Shown here: in pieces, positions 16,284 to 22,154 of the stretch
Layout of the letters: each line of letters opens with the position of its first letter
Numbering within the stretch: position 1 is the first letter of the stretch
DNA from: Candidatus Eiseniibacteriota bacterium
Lineage (GTDB): Bacteria > Eisenbacteria > RBG-16-71-46 > JABDJR01 > JAWXBZ01
Direction: 5' to 3'
Assembly: GCA_034440375.1 (NCBI GenBank)
Contig: JAWXBZ010000157.1
Span: 1 to 22,154, forward strand
Length of the DNA: 22,154 bases
Notes under the pieces: model-generated
Told to the model about the DNA's origin: nothing
The model's input: only the letters and a program-made list of their open reading frames with translations
Database searches by the model: none
Made by a program: the position numbers and the translations under genes

Positions 16284-17155
16284 ACCGGGTAATTCTTGAA
16301 GACGGGGCGCAGGGCGAGATACGACCCGGCGGCGCCGAGGATCAGCGCGGTACCGAGAAAGGCGGCGACCTGGGGCAGGGTGAGGAAACTGATGCCGCCA
16401 AACTGTTCGGACACGCCACGCGTGATGCCGTACAGCGTGCCGAGCGCTACCAGCGAGGCCCCGAGCGTTTGAATCATTCCCTCGTACAGGAACGGCGTCC
16501 GGATGAACCACTCGGAAGCGCCGACCACCTTCATCACTTCGATCATGTCGCGCTTCGCCAGAACTGTCAGGCGGATGGTATTGGCCACGACCGCAACCAC
16601 GGCCAGGCCGACGGCGAGAAGGACGCCAAGATTGAGCCAGGCCAGCTGCCGGGCAAACGCATCGAGTCGACTGACCCAGGCGCCGCCATAGGCCACTTCG
16701 TCCACTTCCTCCCAGGCACCGACTTCGCCGGCGATGGCCTCGATGGAGGCGAGATCACGCCGATCATTCGCCAGCTTGAGCTCGAACGACGGCGGCAGCG
16801 GATTGTCCCCGATTTCTTCCAGGAGTCCCTCGCCGGACATTTCGGCCGTGAAATCATCCCAGGCTTCCTCGGGGCTGATGTAACGCACGCCGACGACCCC
16901 CGGCACATCCTTGAGGCGCTCCTCCACGCGGAGCCGCACGGACGATTCCGGTTCCGGCAGGAGATAGACCACGACCTCCTTTCGCCCTTCCAGATCGTCC
17001 ACGATGCGATGCACATTGGCGCTGATGATGAGCAGGCCCCCCAGGACCAGGAGGGAGGCCGTCATGGCCACCACGGCCGACAGGGACAGGGCCGGATGAC
17101 GGCGGACGGCCTGAAGCCCCTCGCCGAAAAGGTACTTTGCGGTGCGGACGTTCAT
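16280..17155 (-). CDS. ftsX: Cell division ABC permease-like protein FtsX
   Basis: Start taken at ATG 17155 (MNVRTAKYLFGEG, GAGG upstream). VRYISPEEA, NPLPPS, NTIRLTVLAKRDMIEVMKVVGASEWFIRTPFLYEG, four TM segments. Confidence 0.93.
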   Translation of the reverse strand: MNVRTAKYLFGEGLQAVRRHPALSLSAVVAMTASLLVLGGLLIISANVHRIVDDLEGRKEVVVYLLPEPESSVRLRVEERLKDVPGVVGVRYISPEEAWDDFTAEMSGEGLLEEIGDNPLPPSFELKLANDRRDLASIEAIAGEVGAWEEVDEVAYGGAWVSRLDAFARQLAWLNLGVLLAVGLAVVAVVANTIRLTVLAKRDMIEVMKVVGASEWFIRTPFLYEGMIQTLGASLVALGTLYGITRGVSEQFGGISFLTLPQVAAFLGTALILGAAGSYLALRPVFKNYPV

Positions 17156-17195
17156 ACGGCGAGCCTCGGACGACTCATCGAACTGGTCTCTGAAA

Positions 17196-17885
17196 TCATG
17201 CGGTGGCTCCACGCCCGCTGCCGACCCAGTCCTCGACGATCTGCCCATGTTCGACACGGAGGTATCGTTCGGTCGAACGTTCGACCATATCCATCTTGTG
17301 CGTGGCGAACAGCACCGATGTGCCGTGGGCGTTCATCCGCTTTAGCAGCGCGGTAATGTCGTCGGATGTCTCCGGATCGAGGTTGCCGGTCGGCTCGTCG
17401 GCCACGAGCACGAACGGCTTGTTCACCACCGCCCTGGCAATGGCCACCCGTTGCTGTTCGCCGCCCGAAAGTTCATGCGGCAAAGCATGTCGACGGTGAT
17501 AGACGCCAACCTCGTTCAGCGCGGCGGCGGCCCGTTCCTTCATTTCCAGCTCGCTGGATTCGCCGCTGATCCGGAGAGGAAAAGCCACATTCTCGAGGAT
17601 GCTGCGGTCGCGCAGGAGGCGGAAGTCCTGGAAGATGACGCCAACGTGGCGGCGGAGTTCGAGGATCTTCTTCCGATTGATGCCCGCGGAGGTGAAGCGG
17701 CCGACCGTGACAATGCCATCGGTGGGAAGCTCCTCCATGTAGATCATCTTGAGGAGCGTTGATTTCCCGGCGCCGGAGGGACCGACGAGGAACAGGAACT
17801 CGCCATCCTGAATGGTGAGATTGATGTCGGTCAGGGCGAAACTGCCGCCAGAGTAGGATTTATAGACATGGTAGAACTTGATCAT
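17196..17885 (-). CDS. ftsE: Cell division ATP-binding protein FtsE
   Basis: GPSGAGKST, LRRHVGVIFQDFRLL, LSGGEQQRVAIARA, ADEPTGNLDP, ATH. It lies upstream of ftsX. Confidence 0.95.
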   Translation of the reverse strand: MIKFYHVYKSYSGGSFALTDINLTIQDGEFLFLVGPSGAGKSTLLKMIYMEELPTDGIVTVGRFTSAGINRKKILELRRHVGVIFQDFRLLRDRSILENVAFPLRISGESSELEMKERAAAALNEVGVYHRRHALPHELSGGEQQRVAIARAVVNKPFVLVADEPTGNLDPETSDDITALLKRMNAHGTSVLFATHKMDMVERSTERYLRVEHGQIVEDWVGSGRGATA

Positions 17886-18176
17886 CTACAAGTCCTCCGC
17901 AACCGAACGGTCGTCCCGGATCACGCGGTAGAAGTCGGGCGCTTTCGATTTTGAAATATTGCCGGCGGGCACGGCGGTGATCTCGACCTCCAGAGGGCCC
18001 CTCCCCAGGTCGATGATCACGCGCGAGCCGGGTCGGATGTCCCGGCTGGCCTTGGCCGGAATGCCGTCGAGGGCAATCTTTCCCCTCTGACAGGCTTCGC
18101 CGGCCATGCTCCGGCTCTTCATGAGGCAGACCTTGTGGAGCCAGACGTCAAGTCGCACGCGGCCCTCTCCGCTCAC
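17886..18176 (-). CDS. RNA-binding S4 domain protein (Hsp15/RqcP-YabO-like)
   Basis: VRLDVWLHKVCLMKSRSMAGEACQRGKI...AKASRDIRPGSRV, 96 aa. The GTG start overlaps the upstream stop. Confidence 0.88.
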   Translation of the reverse strand: MSGEGRVRLDVWLHKVCLMKSRSMAGEACQRGKIALDGIPAKASRDIRPGSRVIIDLGRGPLEVEITAVPAGNISKSKAPDFYRVIRDDRSVAEDL

Positions 18177-19477
18177 AGGGTCTTGAACTCGATGTAGGCG
18201 TTCTTACGGAGGTCCGTGATCCACTTCTCGTAGGCCTCCGCCAATTTTCTCTGGGTCAGCATGTTCATCAGCTGCTCGCGGATGGCGCTGAACTCGTACT
18301 CGCCCCCCTCCGAACGGCCAAGCAGCTTGAAAATGTGGAAACCGGTCGGCCCCTGGATGACTTCGCTGACACCGCCGACTTGAAGGGAATCGAGCGCCTC
18401 GATGTACGAGCGGCCAAGCCGGGAGGCGGGCACCTCGCCCAGCTTTCCCTCCATCTCTCGCGTGCCGGGGTCGTCGCTGTTCGCCCGCACGATTGCGGCC
18501 CAGTCGCCGCCGGCTTTCGCCTCGGCGCGTATCTTTCCCGCCCGGTCAATGGCCTTGCCGACATCTTCCGGCGAGGGCTGGGCCAGGAGCAGGATATGCC
18601 TCGCCCGATAGGTGATCCCCTGGCGTGACACCAGTTCGATCAGATGGAAACCGGCATTTGTCTCGACGACTCTCGTCCGCTGTCCGGGTTCGAGGTCGGC
18701 GATGGCCGCCTCGAAGGCCGGGTCGAAATCACCCACGCTGGCCTCACCCAGCATCCCGCCGTTCGCGGCGCTGCTCGGATCCTCGCTGACCTCGGCGACG
18801 ACCTTCTCCCAGGTCTCGCCTGAGTCCAGTCGCTTGAGGGCCTTTTCCGCACGGGCCCGGGCCGCGGACCGCCTGGATTCATCGGGGCGAGGAATCACCA
18901 GGATGTGGGCCAGGTCATACGTGGCCGGTTTCACCGGCAGCTGGTCCTTGTTGTTCTTGAAAAATGTATCGATGTCGGTGTCGGTCACTTTCACCTGACT
19001 TCGGACCTCGCGTTCAATGATCCGTTGGGCCATCGCTTCCTTGCGCATATCCTGGCGGTAGCGCTCGCGCAGGGTTTCGATGGTCATTCCTTCGCGGGCC
19101 AGCTCTTCGCTGAATTTTTCATCGGAACCGACGCGCGCCTTGACTTCATCGATCGAGGCCTGGACTTGCGGCTCGATCTGGTCGTCGGTGACCGTGATCC
19201 CGTTCTTTCCCGCGTGGTCGATGATCAGCCGCTCCTCGACCAGCTGGGCCAGAATTTCCCGGCGTGCCTCGGCCACGACGCTGGTATCGCCCAGGTCAAC
19301 GCGGCGCGAGGCCACCAGCAGCGCCAGTTGCTCGTCGATTTCGGAAGCCAGGATCGGTTCGTCGTTGACGACGGCGACGACCCGTTCCACGGTTCTGGGA
19401 GCGGCCAGGGCCGCGGGCGGATGGAACGGCGCGCCGGTAACGGCGGTCAACAAGAAAAGCGTCAGAAGACGGGGCAT
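18173..19477 (-). CDS. surA: SurA-type periplasmic chaperone / peptidyl-prolyl isomerase with two parvulin domains
   Basis: Signal peptide, VERVVAVVNDEPILASE, LAHILV...SEDPSSAANGGMLG...GFHLI and ARHILL...SDDPGT...GFHIFKL. SD AAGGAG upstream. Confidence 0.85.
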   Translation of the reverse strand: MPRLLTLFLLTAVTGAPFHPPAALAAPRTVERVVAVVNDEPILASEIDEQLALLVASRRVDLGDTSVVAEARREILAQLVEERLIIDHAGKNGITVTDDQIEPQVQASIDEVKARVGSDEKFSEELAREGMTIETLRERYRQDMRKEAMAQRIIEREVRSQVKVTDTDIDTFFKNNKDQLPVKPATYDLAHILVIPRPDESRRSAARARAEKALKRLDSGETWEKVVAEVSEDPSSAANGGMLGEASVGDFDPAFEAAIADLEPGQRTRVVETNAGFHLIELVSRQGITYRARHILLLAQPSPEDVGKAIDRAGKIRAEAKAGGDWAAIVRANSDDPGTREMEGKLGEVPASRLGRSYIEALDSLQVGGVSEVIQGPTGFHIFKLLGRSEGGEYEFSAIREQLMNMLTQRKLAEAYEKWITDLRKNAYIEFKTL

Positions 19478-19500
19478 GCGATCGACTCCTTGGTGTGATT

Positions 19501-19836
19501 TCAGACCTGGCCGCCGGAGCGGACCAGGAGGTCCTTCATTTCCTGAAAAGCGCGGGAGGCCGGCGAATCACCCGCGTGATGGTCGCAGGCCGACATCGTG
19601 GCCAGAAGCCCGGCCAGCGGCGTCCGCCCCTCACCATCCCGGACGTTCACATCAACCTTTCGAGTCAGCAACAGTTTCACGATCTCCACGCGGGCGTTCC
19701 AAACCGCCACGTGAAGCGGCGTATCGCCGAGGCTGTCCCGGACCAACAGGAGCGCCGGCTCCAAGTCAAGAATTTCGGCCATGCGATCCATGCGACCGTG
19801 GGCAATCACCTCGAACAGTTCGTCCGCGATGGTCAC
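19501..19836 (-). CDS. Small ankyrin-repeat protein
   Basis: RDSLGDTPLHVAVWNARVEIVKLLLTRKVDVNVRDGEGRTPL is a canonical ankyrin consensus. GTG start with GAGGG upstream. It fills the mfd-surA gap. Confidence 0.85.
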   Translation of the reverse strand: MTIADELFEVIAHGRMDRMAEILDLEPALLLVRDSLGDTPLHVAVWNARVEIVKLLLTRKVDVNVRDGEGRTPLAGLLATMSACDHHAGDSPASRAFQEMKDLLVRSGGQV

Positions 19837-19870
19837 GGAGCCCTCTTCGGCACCGCTGCTCCCGGCCGTT

Positions 19871-22154
19871 TCAGGATGATACCCCGGCCGTCTCCGGCGG
19901 GTGGGCCACGGCGATCTGCGTCAACAGGAGAACGGCCGTGGCCACCGGTTCGGCGCCACCGTTCTTGACCCGGAGGCTGAATCGATCGCCGGCGGCGAAC
20001 TCCACCGGCACCGTCAGGCGTGACATCCACCCCTTCAACATCTCCTTGGTCGGCGGCTGGGCCAGGGCAATCTCGATCTTTGGTCCGCGCACCTGGATCT
20101 GGAGCGCGCCGGCCTTGCGGCCCAGGATCTTGAGTCGTCGCAGATCGAAGAGGGCCCGGGCTTCGGGTGTCAGTTTTCCAAAACGATCGGTCATCTCGGC
20201 CAGCATCCGATCCACATCCAACGGTTCAGACAGGTCCGCCAGGCGTTTGTAGACCGCGATTTTTTCCTCGGCGTCGGTGACATACTCGTCGGGCAGGAAC
20301 GCCGCCACGTCGGTGACGAGGCGCGGCTCGGGCGTTTCCTCGATTGGCAGCCCCTTCAATTCCTTGACTGCCTCATCCAGCAGGCGACAGTACATGTCGA
20401 AGCCGACCGCCGCCACGAAGCCCGACTGAGCGGCACCGAGCAGATTACCAGCGCCCCGGATCTCGAGGTCGCGCATAGCCAGGGCGAATCCACTGCCGAG
20501 CTCGTCGAACTCGGCGATGGCCCGCAGGCGCTTCATGGCCGCCTCGGTCAGCACCTGCCGTGACGGCACCAGGAAATAGGCCCACGCCTTCACGTTGGAT
20601 CGACCGACGCGACCGCGGAGCTGGTAGAGCTGGGCCAGGCCCAGCGCATCGGCCCGATTCACGATCATCGTGTTGACGCTCGGGATATCGAGGCCGTTTT
20701 CGATGATCATCGTGGCCACCAGCACATCGAGTTTCTTTTCCACGAACTCGAGCATGACCTTTTCAAGTTGCTTCTCATCCATCTGGCCGTGCGCCACGCC
20801 GAAGCGAAGCATCGGACAGAGCTTGTGGAGATGCACGGCCATGGAGTCGATGGACTGCACGCGATTGTGCACGAAGAACGACTGGCCACCCCGGTCGGCC
20901 TCGCGCAGCATCGCGTCCTGGATCAGGTCGTCCTCGAATTCCACAATTTCGGTATGGATCGGCAGCCGGTCGCGCGGGGGGGTGGTGATGGTGGAGATGT
21001 CTCGCGCGCCGAGCATCGCCATGTTCAGGGTTCGAGGGATCGGCGTCGCGGTCAGCGTCAGGACGTCGACCTGCGTCCGCATGTGGCGGAGCTTTTCCTT
21101 GTGGGCCACGCCGAATCGCTGCTCTTCGTCGACCACCACAAGCCCCAGTTCCTTGAATTGCACGCGCGCCGCCAGGAGTGCATGGGTTCCAATGACCACG
21201 TTGACGGTGCCGTCGGCCACCCCCTTCAGCACCTGCTGCTGCTCCTTCGGGCTGCGGAAGCGCGACAGCAGTTCGACGACAACCGGAAAGCCGGCGTAGC
21301 GCTCACGAAAGGTGTTCCAGTGCTGCTGGGCCAGGATGGTCGTCGGCACCAGCACCGCCGCCTGTTTCCCTTCCATCACGGCCTTGAACGCGGCGCGTAC
21401 GGCCACCTCGGTCTTGCCGTATCCAACGTCGCCGCAGACGAGGCGATCCATCGGCGTCGCACTCTCCATGTCCCTGGTGACATCCTCGACGGCCTTCAGC
21501 TGGTCGGGCGTCTCGTCAAAGGGAAAGGTGCCCTCCAGCTCCTGCTGCCACACGGTGTCCGGCCCGAATGGATGACCCGGCAGCGCCCGCCGCCGCGCGT
21601 AGAGCGCGAGCAGTTCGCCGGCCATCTCCTTGATGGCCTTCTTGGCCTTTTCCTTGGTTTTGCTCCAGCCGTTGCCGCCAATTCTCGAGAGACTCGGCCT
21701 CGACCCCTCGTCGGCGGTGAATTTCTGGACCCGGTCGAGCTGATCAACCGGCAGGTAAAGACGATCGCCCGAGCCGTACTCGAGCAGCAGGCAATCGGTG
21801 GTCTGGCCATTGAGCTCCAGGCGCGAGATACCCCGGTAGATGCCGATGCCATGCTCGATGTGCACGATGTACGTGCCCGGCCGGAGGCTGGTGATCTCCT
21901 TGAGTCCAAACCCCGATTTGAACCTCCGGGCCCGGCGGGCGCGGCGCGAACGGCCGAAAAATTCGTGATCGGTGAGGACGGCGATCCTGAGATCCGGAAG
22001 CCGGAATCCCTCGGCCAGGATGCCGAGTTCCAGCGAGACCGGCGTGCCGGCCTCCACCAGCAACTCATCAAGGCGGTTCTTCTGGCCGGGGTTGTCGCAC
22101 AGGAGATGCGTTGACTCACCCGCCTCGGCCAGGCCCTCCAGGTAATGGCGCCAC
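19871..22154 (-). CDS. mfd: Transcription-repair coupling factor Mfd (5' part off-window)
   Basis: CarD-like VHIEHGIGIYRG, CGDVGYGKTEVA, DEEQRFGV, TATPIPRTL, QLRGRVGRS, RDLEIRGAGNLLG, TRCF domain. The frame stays open from 22063 to the window end. Confidence 0.98.
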   Translation of the reverse strand, partial: WRHYLEGLAEAGESTHLLCDNPGQKNRLDELLVEAGTPVSLELGILAEGFRLPDLRIAVLTDHEFFGRSRRARRARRFKSGFGLKEITSLRPGTYIVHIEHGIGIYRGISRLELNGQTTDCLLLEYGSGDRLYLPVDQLDRVQKFTADEGSRPSLSRIGGNGWSKTKEKAKKAIKEMAGELLALYARRRALPGHPFGPDTVWQQELEGTFPFDETPDQLKAVEDVTRDMESATPMDRLVCGDVGYGKTEVAVRAAFKAVMEGKQAAVLVPTTILAQQHWNTFRERYAGFPVVVELLSRFRSPKEQQQVLKGVADGTVNVVIGTHALLAARVQFKELGLVVVDEEQRFGVAHKEKLRHMRTQVDVLTLTATPIPRTLNMAMLGARDISTITTPPRDRLPIHTEIVEFEDDLIQDAMLREADRGGQSFFVHNRVQSIDSMAVHLHKLCPMLRFGVAHGQMDEKQLEKVMLEFVEKKLDVLVATMIIENGLDIPSVNTMIVNRADALGLAQLYQLRGRVGRSNVKAWAYFLVPSRQVLTEAAMKRLRAIAEFDELGSGFALAMRDLEIRGAGNLLGAAQSGFVAAVGFDMYCRLLDEAVKELKGLPIEETPEPRLVTDVAAFLPDEYVTDAEEKIAVYKRLADLSEPLDVDRMLAEMTDRFGKLTPEARALFDLRRLKILGRKAGALQIQVRGPKIEIALAQPPTKEMLKGWMSRLTVPVEFAAGDRFSLRVKNGGAEPVATAVLLLTQIAVAHPPETAGVSS

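Noticed and set aside
20768-22114. 448-aa plus-strand ORF (also 19080-20252, 16469-17356, 15537-16292, 9111-10283, 13247-14188, 3016-3882)
   Set aside because: Each lies antisense to a well-supported gene and lacks independent family motifs.
1-22154. tRNA/rRNA genes, CRISPR arrays, transposases, integrases
   Set aside because: None recognised. Intergenic spaces are short and lack cloverleaf or repeat-spacer patterns.

Overview
High-GC bacterial DNA. The FlgD/T9SS-type-A-like C-terminal domains and the gene families suggest an FCB-group lineage such as Ca. Eisenbacteria or Krumholzibacteriota, which is inference only. The minus strand carries a housekeeping run: mfd (5' part off-window) - ankyrin protein - surA-like PPIase - S4/RqcP-like protein - ftsE - ftsX - envC - holB - ricT/yaaT - metG (3' end off-window). 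This run is interrupted three times by plus-strand accessory blocks. Block 1 holds a secreted FG-GAP integrin-alpha-like propeller protein, a secreted Asp-box propeller protein and a COG1373 AAA ATPase. Block 2 is a 700-aa Ig-repeat lipoprotein. Block 3 is a secreted carboxypeptidase-regulatory-like repeat protein. Most notable: (a) the block-3 protein has an orphan C-terminal half-repeat near its N-terminus and the complementary orphan N-terminal half-repeat near its C-terminus, suggesting ring closure or filament-forming domain complementation; (b) all three blocks abut the convergent core gene with -4/+4/+5 nt spacing, and each is bracketed by a 7-8 bp direct repeat containing the block's last stop codon; (c) two matching 23-bp palindromes lie 33 bp apart upstream of the AAA ATPase; (d) RicT has a five-fold GGCG tail. 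No RNA genes, CRISPR arrays, transposases or integrases were recognised.
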